From NCBI GenBank assembly GCA_030586555.1, contig JAURAC010000012.1, positions 32,428 through 78,697 on the forward strand: 46,270 nucleotides of DNA, written 5' to 3'. A program made the translations under genes and the position numbers. Under the pieces are notes generated by a model. It was not told the origin of the DNA. It was given only the letters and a program-made list of their open reading frames with translations, and did not search any database. This document shows, piece by piece, positions 8,505 through 17,644 of the stretch. This DNA is from Candidatus Subterrananammoxibius californiae. GTDB taxonomy: Bacteria; Planctomycetota; Brocadiia; Brocadiales; Subterrananammoxibiaceae. How positions within the stretch are numbered: the stretch's first letter is position 1; every line of letters starts with the position of its first letter.

Positions 8505-9752
8505 CTATCTACTTATTTTACCGTTTCTCATAGCCATTTGCAGCACCTGAATGGTATGAAGCATTTTCTTTGGCATATTCCTGGCAGCCAGCCCATCTGA
8601 AATCTGCATCATACAACCGGGGCAATTTGTTGCAACGATATCGGCGCCAGTTTCTTTTATTGATTCCATCTTATGCTCGTTGATTTTTAAGCTTAAGTCG
8701 TAATGGGTCAGGCTAAAGATTCCCCCGCCCCCGCAGCATCTTTCAGCATTTTCCATTTCTACGTAATTTGCAGAGCGCTTCAGGATGTTTCGTGGTTCTC
8801 TCGAAATATTTTGCGCCCAGTAAAGGTGACATGGGTCATGATATGTAACCTGCTGGCCGAGGGGTTTAGTTTCATAATGGGTGAATTTTTCAATGAACTC
8901 CGAAATGTCATATATTTTCTTTGCCATGGTCTGCCACGAGTCGCCGAGCAAGTGTATATAGTCCCTTTTGAGTGTCTGTCCACAGGTGGCGCATGCGGTA
9001 ACTATTGCGTCAATCCGCCCCAGGCGGACGGATTCAAAGACATTCTTGTTTCTCTCTGCCAGCGCACGAGCGGCTATAGAATCACCCAGTGAACGGGCTG
9101 GTATGCCGCAGCACAATTGGTCGGATGGCACAACCACCTCGATATTAAGCCTGTTGAGGACGTCAACCACCGCCTTTGCAATATCTGGATATACATAATT
9201 AATAAGACAGCCTGTAAAAAAGGCGACTCGCATTTTGGGGTTTTTTAATCTGGGGATCTGTTTAAATATTTGCAAGGCTGTTTTTGGTGCAAGCGGCGGC
9301 ATCCATCGCTTGCCAGTAAATAATAATGGCAAGTGACGCATGTGTCCACGCCTCTTACCAGGGATGAATTTCTGGAATATTGAAGCTCCTTTAATAAGCA
9401 AATCGAAAAGCTTCCTTCGTGGGAGAAAGTACCTAAAGATAATCTTCGGCAGAAGTGGTATCCCCATATTTTCGGCGATACCGTCGAGCATTGCCTGAAT
9501 AATTAGTTCATAGTCAACGCCGGATGGACAGATGTGGACGCACCTGAGACATTTCTTGCAAGAGTATATATGCTCCTTAAGCCTTTTGGTATAGATTATC
9601 TCATTATCACGGATGGCTTCGGCAAGGCTTATCCTTCCCCTTGCCACCATGGATTCATTACCCGTTTCAAGAAACACCGGGCAGACAGAGCGACACTTGC
9701 CACACTTGGCGCACTTGCTCGCCTCAAGCTCCCAGTTCTTGTTCATAACCAT
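8505..9752 (-). CDS. GlcF-like Fe-S oxidoreductase subunit (two 4Fe-4S motifs plus CCG domains)
   Basis: [48 protein letters not shown]. Confidence 0.88.
   Translation of the reverse strand: MVMNKNWELEASKCAKCGKCRSVCPVFLETGNESMVARGRISLAEAIRDNEIIYTKRLKEHIYSCKKCLRCVHICPSGVDYELIIQAMLDGIAENMGIPLLPKIIFRYFLPRRKLFDLLIKGASIFQKFIPGKRRGHMRHLPLLFTGKRWMPPLAPKTALQIFKQIPRLKNPKMRVAFFTGCLINYVYPDIAKAVVDVLNRLNIEVVVPSDQLCCGIPARSLGDSIAARALAERNKNVFESVRLGRIDAIVTACATCGQTLKRDYIHLLGDSWQTMAKKIYDISEFIEKFTHYETKPLGQQVTYHDPCHLYWAQNISREPRNILKRSANYVEMENAERCCGGGGIFSLTHYDLSLKINEHKMESIKETGADIVATNCPGCMMQISDGLAARNMPKKMLHTIQVLQMAMRNGKISR
9014..9028. repeat. TCCGCC-N3-GGCGGA mini-palindrome in frame
   Basis: TCCGCCCCAGGCGGA (SVRLGRID); relatives at 18871, about 21817 and 26777. 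Confidence 0.6.
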
Positions 9753-9815
9753 ATTATACTAACGGACTCCTTTAAAATCACTTACTTTTTTTATAAAAAG
9801 TAGGTTAGAAAAGCC

Positions 9816-9844
9816 TTGAAAAAGTTACACTTCTTTGTTATTAT
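9816..9844 (+). promoter_or_regulatory. sigma70-type promoter for ribH-nusB-ftsY
   Basis: TTGAAA-N17-TATTAT with extended -10 TG. Confidence 0.6.
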
Positions 9845-9902
9845 TACGCAGGTAAAAGAAAAGGGTCAATTGGATTCTTAAATATAAAAAGGAGTAAAAG
9901 TT

Positions 9903-10376
9903 ATGGCAAAGATATGCGAGGGACACCTGATAGGCACCGGTAAGGTTTTTGGAATCGTAGTAAGTAGGTTTAATGAGCTTATAGGTAGAAAATTATTAGA
10001 AGGGTCAATAGATTGTTTAATAAGGCATGGTGTGAGGAATGATGATATCTTTGTGTTTTGGACACCGGGCGCTTATGAGATTCCCATTACCGCAATGCGT
10101 TTAGCCAGGAGTGGGAAGTATCATGCAGTCATTTGTCTTGGGGCAATCATTCGTGGAGAGACACCTCATTATGAATACGTTGCAAGCGAATCTGCTAAGG
10201 GAGTTGCCGAGGTAGGTTTAAGTACAGGGGTTCCTACAATTTATGGTATAATAGTGACAGAGACCCTTGAGCATGCAATTGACCGCGCTGGTGCAAGGGA
10301 TGGTAATAAAGGCGTGGAAGCAGCCCTTGCGGCTATCGAGTTGGCAAACTTGTTTGAAAGCATGGGTAAACAGTAG
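9903..10376 (+). CDS. ribH: 6,7-dimethyl-8-ribityllumazine synthase
   Basis: IVVSRFNE, PGAYEIP, LGAIIRGETPHYEYV, GNKG. Confidence 0.96.
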   Translation: MAKICEGHLIGTGKVFGIVVSRFNELIGRKLLEGSIDCLIRHGVRNDDIFVFWTPGAYEIPITAMRLARSGKYHAVICLGAIIRGETPHYEYVASESAKGVAEVGLSTGVPTIYGIIVTETLEHAIDRAGARDGNKGVEAALAAIELANLFESMGKQ

Positions 10377-10456
10377 ACAGTAGGTAGTAGACAGTAGACA
10401 GGGCTAAAGGAATTATTCTTTTTTGCCTGTTTCCTGTCTACTGTATACTGTCTACT
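10371..10456. repeat. Inverted heptamer array (CAGTAGA / TCTACTG) supplying the ribH stop
   Basis: CAGTAGA CAGTAGG TAGTAGA CAGTAGA … TTTCCTG TCTACTG TATACTG TCTACT; the same unit occurs at 8487-8514. Confidence 0.85.
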
Positions 10457-10472
10457 TTCTCTGGGGGATAAG

Positions 10473-11816
10473 GTGCGAAAGAGGTCTCAGGGCAGGGAGC
10501 TTGCTTTACAGGCGCTGTATCAATTTGAAATACGTGGGGAAGGGGTTGTAGAGGATTTACAATCCTTTTGCAAGGAGTATGCTAAGGAGGCCGATGTGTA
10601 TGAATTTGCAGTCTCCCTTATTAATGGTTGTTTACCGGTTACAAAAGAATTGGACGAAAAAATTGCTTCGGTTGCAGAAAACTGGGATATACACCGCATG
10701 GCGGTCATTGACCGCAACATATTGCGGCTTGCTGTTTACGAACTGCTTTACAGGGACGATATACCACCAAAGGTCTCAATTAATGAGGCAATAGACCTTG
10801 CAAAACGGTATAGTACAGAAAACTCTGGAACCTTTGTAAATGGTGTTCTTGATAAGATATTCACCAAATATGTTCCAGAGAAAAAAGTTCGCAGTTCGGA
10901 GTTCAGAGTGCAGAGTGCGGATTGTGGAACAAATCCGAACTCCGAACCCCCCACTCCGAATTCTGCACTCCTTAATGAAGGACAGGCAGACCTCCATGTA
11001 CACACGAATTGTTCCGATGGTACGTTAAGTCCCGAAGAGGTTGTTAGAGAAGCTTCCAGAATTGGTCTTCGTACCATCGCAATAACAGACCATGACACTG
11101 TTGCTGGTGTAAAAATTGCTCAAAGGTGCGCAAGCAAGTACAACGTTTATGTAGTGCCAGCTTTAGAACTCTCCGGTTACAGAGACCCATCGGAGATTCA
11201 CATCCTCGGTTATTTTGTGGATATTGAAAATCGTGCCCTTTGTGAAAAGATTAAGGAATTGTTTAGGGACAGGGTGAAAAGAATATACAAAATGATAGAA
11301 AAACTACAAGCGCTTGAAGTATCTATTACGGCAGAAGAAATCTTTGAGTTATCAGGAGAGGCTTCCCCGGGACGGATGCACGTGGCAGAGGTTTTGTGCA
11401 GGAAAGGATTCTGTGACAGTCTTAAGGATGCCTTCCAGATGTATATAAGTGACTCTGGTCCTGCGTATGTGCCTAAGAAAACAATTACACCCTTTGACGC
11501 TATAGAGCTGATTATCTCGGCTGGTGGCGTCCCAGTTCTTGCTCATCCAAGCCTGACAAAAAAAGATGAACTTATCCCATCGCTTGTCGAAGGTGGTTTG
11601 CAAGGAATAGAGGCTTATTATCCCGTACAGTCACCAGAACAGCAAGCAAAGTATCTTAAGATTGCAGCAAAATATGGCTTGTTAGTAACTGGCGGTTCTG
11701 ATTTCCACGGGGAGAGAAAGCCGGAGACATCACTGGGAGAGGTTACAATTCCCAATAACTTTGTAAGATTGCTTATAAACAAAGCCCAAACACAAAAATC
11801 AAGGGTTTTGATTTAG
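10473..11816 (+). CDS. nusB: NusB antitermination factor fused to a TrpH/YciV (RNase AM)-like PHP domain
   Basis: N-terminal RELALQALYQ, DRNILRLA, INEAIDLAKRY, FVNGVLD; C-terminal DLHVHTNCSDG, AITDHDT, HILGY, GRMHVA, AHP, GGSDFHG. Confidence 0.9.
   Translation: MRKRSQGRELALQALYQFEIRGEGVVEDLQSFCKEYAKEADVYEFAVSLINGCLPVTKELDEKIASVAENWDIHRMAVIDRNILRLAVYELLYRDDIPPKVSINEAIDLAKRYSTENSGTFVNGVLDKIFTKYVPEKKVRSSEFRVQSADCGTNPNSEPPTPNSALLNEGQADLHVHTNCSDGTLSPEEVVREASRIGLRTIAITDHDTVAGVKIAQRCASKYNVYVVPALELSGYRDPSEIHILGYFVDIENRALCEKIKELFRDRVKRIYKMIEKLQALEVSITAEEIFELSGEASPGRMHVAEVLCRKGFCDSLKDAFQMYISDSGPAYVPKKTITPFDAIELIISAGGVPVLAHPSLTKKDELIPSLVEGGLQGIEAYYPVQSPEQQAKYLKIAAKYGLLVTGGSDFHGERKPETSLGEVTIPNNFVRLLINKAQTQKSRVLI
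10884..10971. repeat. Inverted heptamer array (GGAGTTC / GAACTCC) forming the NusB-PHP linker
   Basis: AAAGTTC GCAGTTC GGAGTTC AGAGTGC AGAGTGC … GAACTCC GAACCCC CCACTCC GAATTCT GCACTCC. Confidence 0.88.
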
Positions 11817-11834
11817 GTTTTTGAGGTTTTGATT

Positions 11835-12830
11835 ATGGTATGGTCCCCTTTGAGCATATTTAGAAAAAAGGAAGTGGGTGTCCCCTCTGCGAAGGCAACT
11901 GCCGAAAAGAAGACATCGTGGTTTTTGCTGGAGCATTTTAAGAAGGGACTCGAAAAGACTCGCAGTAAAATTGGGTCTGGATTAAAGCATATCTTCTCTC
12001 TTAAACGTGGGATTGATGCTAAGGTACTGGAAGAGGTTGAAGCCCTTTTACTGGAATCCGACATGGGTGTAAAACCAGTCGAAAAAGTAATTCATGAACT
12101 TAAGGAGGCATGGAAGGCAAAAGAGATAGAGGACACCTCGGAGATTTCAGACTTTATTAAAAATAGGTTAAAAGAAGCGCTACGAAGATGGAATGTAGAA
12201 CTGAATTTATCACCTACGCCTCCTACCGTCATAATGGTTACAGGGGTAAATGGCGCTGGCAAGACCACGTCTATCGCAAAACTCGCAAATATGTTTATTA
12301 AAGAAGGCAAGAAGGTCATGTTATCCGCAAGCGACACATTTCGTGCCGCAGCGGTTGACCAGCTCGATATATGGAGCAAGCGCATTGGTGCAGATATCGT
12401 AAAACACCAGCACGGCGCTGACCCTGCGGCAGTTACATTCGATGCCCTTGAGGCAAGCATAGCAAGAGGGATTGATATTTTAATTGTTGATACTGCAGGG
12501 AGACTGCATACATACGAAAATTTGATGAACGAATTAGGTAAGGTTGGAAGGGTCATATCAAAGAAAATTCCGGATGCCCCCCATGAGGTGCTTCTGGTGT
12601 TAGATGCAACCACAGGTCAAAATGCCATCGTTCAGGCAAAGACGTTTAAACGCGCCATAGGCGTTACTGGCATATTCCTTGCAAAACTTGATGGCACAGC
12701 CAAAGGAGGCGTTGTTTTAGGGATGGAAGACGAGGTTAACATTCCCGTAAAATTCGTTGGTTTAGGTGAAAAACCAGATGACATCGAAAGGTTCGACCCG
12801 GACGTCTTCGTGGATGCATTATTTGATTAG
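11835..12830 (+). CDS. ftsY: Signal recognition particle receptor
   Basis: GVNGAGKTTSIAKLA, DTFRAAA, DTAGR, LDATTGQNA, KLDGTAKGG. Confidence 0.96.
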   Translation: MVWSPLSIFRKKEVGVPSAKATAEKKTSWFLLEHFKKGLEKTRSKIGSGLKHIFSLKRGIDAKVLEEVEALLLESDMGVKPVEKVIHELKEAWKAKEIEDTSEISDFIKNRLKEALRRWNVELNLSPTPPTVIMVTGVNGAGKTTSIAKLANMFIKEGKKVMLSASDTFRAAAVDQLDIWSKRIGADIVKHQHGADPAAVTFDALEASIARGIDILIVDTAGRLHTYENLMNELGKVGRVISKKIPDAPHEVLLVLDATTGQNAIVQAKTFKRAIGVTGIFLAKLDGTAKGGVVLGMEDEVNIPVKFVGLGEKPDDIERFDPDVFVDALFD

Positions 12831-12857
12831 TAGTGGCAGGTTTTAAACCTGCCCTAC
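12830..12857. repeat. GTAG REP-like palindrome, intergenic
   Basis: GTAGTGGCAGGTTTTAAACCTGCCCTAC, same family as 2871 and 27917. Confidence 0.85.
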
Positions 12858-12883
12858 GTTGAACAATAATATGGTACGCATCA

Positions 12884-13372
12884 ATGATTAATTTTGAAAT
12901 ACCACAGAAAGATAAACTAATACAATTTTTGAAGTCTGACAGCAGGATAATGCTTGCCTATATATTCGGCTCTCGAGTAAAAGGGCATGTTGGCAAGATG
13001 AGCGATTATGACATAGCCATTTTCCTCTTAGAAACAGCATCGGATACATACAAATATGAGTTACAGAGTAAGATAGCCCGCATCTTAGATACCACTGTTG
13101 ACCTCGTTATTCTAAACGTTGCTCCAGCGGAGCTAAAATATGCTGTTATTGCCAGCGGACTCCTTATATACGAGAAAGATAAAGCTACAAGGGTGGAATT
13201 TGAGGGTGATACCCTCAGCCGATACTTTGACTTTTTGCCTGTTTTGCGCAAACAGCAAGCGGAGATATTAAAAGGAGCAAGGAGTGAAGTTGGAATTCAC
13301 AGGTATCGAGAGGCGCTTAGAAAGACTGAAAAAGTGCTTGCAGAAGTTAGAGCCACTCGTAGCAAAAAGTAA
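12884..13372 (+). CDS. Minimal nucleotidyltransferase (MntA-type antitoxin)
   Basis: GS-X10-DXD motif (GSRVKGHVGKMSDYD), VDLVIL. Confidence 0.88.
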   Translation: MINFEIPQKDKLIQFLKSDSRIMLAYIFGSRVKGHVGKMSDYDIAIFLLETASDTYKYELQSKIARILDTTVDLVILNVAPAELKYAVIASGLLIYEKDKATRVEFEGDTLSRYFDFLPVLRKQQAEILKGARSEVGIHRYREALRKTEKVLAEVRATRSKK

Positions 13373-13715
13373 AGAAGAACTCATCCAGGATGAGTATCTG
13401 AAAGACATCATCGAAAGAAATCTTGAAATTGCCGTTCAAGCCTGTATTGATATATGCAACCGCATTATTTCTGTAGAAGAACTGGAAAAGCCCAAAGATT
13501 ATTTTGAAGCCATCCTAAGACTCGGAGAAAACAACATCCTTCCTTACGAGTTTGCACAAAAAATTTCACCCATTGCCGGTTTTAGAAACATACTTATTCA
13601 TGAGTATATAGATATTAATTGGGACGAAGTTTATAAAAACCTTCAGAATATTGAAGATTTTTATCAGTTCATAAACTACATCAGCCAGTGGTTGGCAGCA
13701 AAAAGTAAATTATGA
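13284..13715 (+). CDS. HEPN/DUF86 RNase toxin (HepT-type)
   Basis: ERNLEIAVQACIDI, GFRNILIHEY (RX4HXY); overlaps the MNT gene by 89 nt. Confidence 0.9.
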   Translation: MKLEFTGIERRLERLKKCLQKLEPLVAKSKEELIQDEYLKDIIERNLEIAVQACIDICNRIISVEELEKPKDYFEAILRLGENNILPYEFAQKISPIAGFRNILIHEYIDINWDEVYKNLQNIEDFYQFINYISQWLAAKSKL

Positions 13716-13909
13716 GATACATGACTGTTAAGGGTTATCCTGTGGACTTAATTGAATATCTTAAAGAGCCCCATAGTATAGAAGTTCCTCATACGCTTTG
13801 TTTCTATCTCAACATTAATCTTACAGGAATTATAAGACATTACCCGTTTGTATGGCAACGCACAAAGATAGGGGTCGCTTTTTTGTGCAGTAAATAAAAG
13901 GAGTTTTTT

Positions 13910-14080
13910 ATGATGACAGACCTAACAAACGATATTCTTGGTAAATTTTTATCTTTTATGAAGCAAGACCAATTTATTGGAGAAGATTTAGCTGAAAAAA
14001 TCCATGAATCTATCTCAAATGGTAAATATACAAAAGAGCACTTCGAAGCTATATTAAAAAAAGCTAATGAAAATTCTTAA
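13910..14080 (+). CDS. 56-aa hypothetical small protein overlapping the start of the ATPase
   Basis: SD AAGGAG at 13898; MMTDLTNDILGKFLSFMKQDQFIGEDLAEKIHESISNGKYTKEHFEAILKKANENS*; overlaps the ATPase start by 14 nt; not in the ORF track. Confidence 0.65.
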   Translation: MMTDLTNDILGKFLSFMKQDQFIGEDLAEKIHESISNGKYTKEHFEAILKKANENS

Positions 14081-16511
14081 ATTAGAAATAGAAAAAATAA
14101 GAGGAATTAAGAATCTTAGTCTTGAGCCAAAAGGTAAAAGTATTGTTATTTTTGGACCTAACGGTTCTGGAAAAAGCGCAATTGTAGACGCAATTGATTT
14201 TTTGTTAACTGGGAAAATATCAAGACTAGAAGGAGAAGGAACAGAGGCTCTTTCTACAAGAAAACATGGCCCTCATGTCGACCACGATGTTAAAGAAGCT
14301 ATAGTAAAAGCTCGAGTAGAAATACCCGGCATATCTGACCCAATAGACTTAGAAAGAAGAATGTCAAATCCAAGTAAGTTAATCTACGAGAAGAAATTTG
14401 AAACACAAATGTCACCAATTTTAAATGTTTCAAGTTTAGGTCTGCACAAATTGTCTCGAAGGGAAATTCTAAAATACATTATGGCTACAGCGGGAACTAG
14501 AGCATCGGAAATACATGGCCTTCTTGATTTAGAAGAAATTGATAAGATAAGAAAATCGCTTGTTTCGTTTAAAAACTCATTAGATAAAGAGAAAAGCTAT
14601 GCCGTCGAATATTTTGGGAAAACAAAGTTAGATATTAAAATTATTTTAAATTTAGAAACATTCTCTGAGGAAGAGTGTTTAGCAAAGATAAATGAACATA
14701 GGGGAATCCTAAAAGTAAAAGCATTAGAAAAGCTAAATACCAAAGACTTAAAAAGAGACATAAGTCAACCAGGGGGTAAAGGAGAAGAAGATGTAAAAAA
14801 CTTAGACTATTTAAAACACTGTATTACAGCTATTAAAGATTTATTAAAGAATCAAGAAAGTATTTTAGAACTCGACAAGAATTTAAAAGAGAAAATAAAA
14901 GAATTTAATGAAGATGTTGAATTGTGTAAAGAGATAGCACATAAAAAACTTGTGGAATTAGGATTAAGTCTAATTGATGATAAAAATGTTTGTCCTTTAT
15001 GTGAGAAGCCTTGGGATACGGGAGAATTAAAAAACTTTCTTTCGAGACGTTTGAGTGAATCAACTAAAGGTAGTAAAAAGGTCGAAGAAATAAAGTCTCT
15101 TGCTGTGCAAGTTAGAACAATTTCTGTCAATTACAAAAATATTATTGAAAATATCAACTCATACTATCAATCTCTTGGGCTACAAGCTTTTCAAGATAGA
15201 GTTGCAACGATTAATAAGCAACTCTCTGATATTAATGATAAACTGTTAAGCCCTCTCGAGCTGTACTCTAAGAATGATACGATATTTGAAAATTTGTTTG
15301 CAAAGGGAGATTTAGGGGGAATCATTGAGAAAATTGAACAAGAAATATCGAGCTTGAAATATCAAGTTTCTCCCGAATTATCTTCTTGGACAACCCTTAC
15401 TAAATTGGAGGTTCTCTTAGGACAGTATGATGAGGCGTATTTAAAATTCGAAAAAGCTGAGAAATTAGCGAATCAGGCAAATTTAATTCTTGGCTATTTT
15501 GAAAAGGCAAGAGACGAGACTTTGCAAAGTATTTATGACAAAATTAATGAAGATTTTAGCTGCCTCTATTCGGATTTACACGGAGATGATGAAAAAGATT
15601 TTAAAGCGAGCCTTATCCCTAAAGAAGCGGAATTGTTGTTTGAAGTTGATTTTTATGGAAGAGGCAAGTTTCATCCAGGAGCTGTGCATAGTGAAGGCCA
15701 TCAAGACAGCATGGGACTTTGTTTATTTTTGAGTCTACATAAATTTTTAACTCAGCGAAAATTAGCCTTAGTAGTCCTAGATGATGTTGTAATGTCGATA
15801 GATGGAAATCACAGGAGAAATATTTGCAGGGCATTATCAAAACATTTTCCAGATAAACAATTTATAATTACGACACACGATACAGTATGGGCTAACCAAT
15901 TAAAGACAGAAGGAATAGTAAATGCAGAAAATATGGTCGAATTTAAATGGTGGTCAATAGAAACTGGACCTGCCACTGGAATAGGAGAAGATTTCTGGCA
16001 AAGTATTATAGAAGATGTAGATAAAAATAGCGTGCCACAGGCAGCTTGGAAATTAAGGAGAAACGGGGAATGTTTTTTAAGTGCAGTTTGTGATTCAATG
16101 AGAGCTAATGTAATATTTAAAAGTGATGGGAGTTGGGAATTAGGTGATTATTTGCCTGCAGCGATAGGACAATATAAAAATCTATTATCTAAAGCTAAAG
16201 ATGCGGCTAACAGTTGGGGGAATAAGGGAAAAATTGAAGAGTTGAATGGGTTTGATCAAGAACTCAAAGAGGCTATTACTAGTTCCCAATGCGAACAATG
16301 GGCTATAAATAAAGCAGTTCATTATAACAAATGGACTGAATTTCAACCGAATGATTTTAGACCTGTTGTGGATGCGTTTCAAAAGTTATTCCAATTATTT
16401 ACTTGTAAAGATTGTAAAAATATACCTAGACTCTTAATAGCCCAGGATCGAAAGCTTGAGGCAGTAAAGTGTTTATGCGGTAAGATTAATTGGAACTTGC
16501 GTTCGAAATAA
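14067..16511 (+). CDS. Rad50/RloC-like ABC ATPase with coiled coil, zinc hook, HEPN-like and Zn-ribbon C-terminus
   Basis: Walker A GPNGSGKS, hook CPLC, signature HSEGHQ, Walker B VVLDD, ITTHD; C-terminal LRRNGE…NKAVH, CKDC…CLCG; visibly AT-richer than its flanks. Confidence 0.8.
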   Translation: MKILKLEIEKIRGIKNLSLEPKGKSIVIFGPNGSGKSAIVDAIDFLLTGKISRLEGEGTEALSTRKHGPHVDHDVKEAIVKARVEIPGISDPIDLERRMSNPSKLIYEKKFETQMSPILNVSSLGLHKLSRREILKYIMATAGTRASEIHGLLDLEEIDKIRKSLVSFKNSLDKEKSYAVEYFGKTKLDIKIILNLETFSEEECLAKINEHRGILKVKALEKLNTKDLKRDISQPGGKGEEDVKNLDYLKHCITAIKDLLKNQESILELDKNLKEKIKEFNEDVELCKEIAHKKLVELGLSLIDDKNVCPLCEKPWDTGELKNFLSRRLSESTKGSKKVEEIKSLAVQVRTISVNYKNIIENINSYYQSLGLQAFQDRVATINKQLSDINDKLLSPLELYSKNDTIFENLFAKGDLGGIIEKIEQEISSLKYQVSPELSSWTTLTKLEVLLGQYDEAYLKFEKAEKLANQANLILGYFEKARDETLQSIYDKINEDFSCLYSDLHGDDEKDFKASLIPKEAELLFEVDFYGRGKFHPGAVHSEGHQDSMGLCLFLSLHKFLTQRKLALVVLDDVVMSIDGNHRRNICRALSKHFPDKQFIITTHDTVWANQLKTEGIVNAENMVEFKWWSIETGPATGIGEDFWQSIIEDVDKNSVPQAAWKLRRNGECFLSAVCDSMRANVIFKSDGSWELGDYLPAAIGQYKNLLSKAKDAANSWGNKGKIEELNGFDQELKEAITSSQCEQWAINKAVHYNKWTEFQPNDFRPVVDAFQKLFQLFTCKDCKNIPRLLIAQDRKLEAVKCLCGKINWNLRSK

Positions 16512-16631
16512 CTTTGTTAAATTATAGCAGTTGAAGAACCAAGGGACTAAAAATTGCCTTGTAAAGAAAGTTCGTACAGATTATTATGATTTTACTCTTT
16601 GAAATAATGTGAATTCTTGTGGTTTTGTTAT

Positions 16632-16675
16632 GCAAAAAGGCAAATTTTGCTCGCACCCAGAATTTACCTTTTTGC
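16632..16675. repeat. Imperfect 18-bp inverted repeat downstream of the ATPase
   Basis: GCAAAAAGGCAAATTTTG … CAGAATTTACCTTTTTGC (16/18 complementary). Confidence 0.55.
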
Positions 16676-16864
16676 CCAAGCTTTGTGCTGCTCCACATTC
16701 CCATTTGTCAACCATCATTTTTGTAGTAAGTGACAGTAGCAGTACAATAACATTGAAAATTTATATATGTAAATAATTTAGCGAAAAATTGAGGTGTCAG
16801 ATTCAAAGATTCTTTTCAAAAAAATTCTGGCAATTCAATGTTGGGTGAAGTTAGTTCAAATGTA

Positions 16865-17623
16865 TTAAATTTTTATTTCTAACCCATCGTAAGCCAGTCT
16901 TACTTTTTCAGGCAATGCGCTATTGGTCTCTTCGTGTTCAATTTCGTGGGCAATGTGGGTGAGAAAGGTTTGTTTTGGGTGGAGTTCTTGGACAATTTTG
17001 ACAGCCTGTTGTATGGTAAAATGTTTTGGATGTGGCGTATATCGCAGTGCGCCGAGGACGAGTACATCTAACCCTTTGAGCTTTTTTATTGACGATTCAG
17101 GGATTGCGCTTACGTCTGTTATATAAGCAAATCCTCCAATCCTATAACCAGTTGCCATTTCACTGCCATGGCTTACATCTATTGGAATAATTTCCTGGTT
17201 AAATAAATTCAGTTTCCCACTGAGTGTGTTCAATGAAAATCTCGGCTTGCTGCCCAGTGCATGCTTGTCATTAAACACATAAGAAAATATGTTACGGACT
17301 GTTTTCACCGTATCTTCTGTACCATAAACGGGTATCTCTTCTTTCTGAACCCAGTTGAACTGCCTTACATCATCCAATCCGAATATATGGTCCGCATGTG
17401 GATGCGTCAGTAACACAGCATCCAATCTCCGCACGTTGTTTCGTATGCACTGAAGGCGGAATTCTGTTGCAGCATCAATTAATATATTATGGCTATTCTC
17501 GCTTATCAAAATTGATGAACGTGTACGATAGTTTTTGGGGTTATCGGACGTGCAAACTTTACAATCGCAAGCAATCATCGGCACGCCGTGAGATGTACCA
17601 GTCCCCATAAAGATAATATTCAT
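16865..17623 (-). CDS. MBL-fold metallohydrolase, PhnP-like phosphodiesterase
   Basis: GTGTSHGVP, CDCKVC, THPHADHIFGLDD, YITD, HF, THIAH, AYDGL. Confidence 0.9.
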   Translation of the reverse strand: MNIIFMGTGTSHGVPMIACDCKVCTSDNPKNYRTRSSILISENSHNILIDAATEFRLQCIRNNVRRLDAVLLTHPHADHIFGLDDVRQFNWVQKEEIPVYGTEDTVKTVRNIFSYVFNDKHALGSKPRFSLNTLSGKLNLFNQEIIPIDVSHGSEMATGYRIGGFAYITDVSAIPESSIKKLKGLDVLVLGALRYTPHPKHFTIQQAVKIVQELHPKQTFLTHIAHEIEHEETNSALPEKVRLAYDGLEIKI

Positions 17624-17644
17624 AAATGAGATTCTTTGCTCCGC

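Noticed and set aside
9753..9902. FMN riboswitch upstream of ribH
   Set aside because: The 150-bp AT-rich divergent spacer has the promoter close to the start and no RFN motifs
13712..13897. 61-aa ORF after the HEPN toxin
   Set aside because: It has an ATGA overlap but no recognisable motif and runs through an inverted repeat; possibly a gene remnant, not supportable
14067..16511. Housekeeping SbcC, SMC or RecN call for the ATPase
   Set aside because: No SbcD/ScpAB neighbour, a non-canonical signature, an extra C-terminal domain and atypical composition
16506..16633. Integron attC site after the ATPase (ATAAC … GTTAT)
   Set aside because: Only the outer 5 bp pair; there are no convincing L boxes and no integrase in the window
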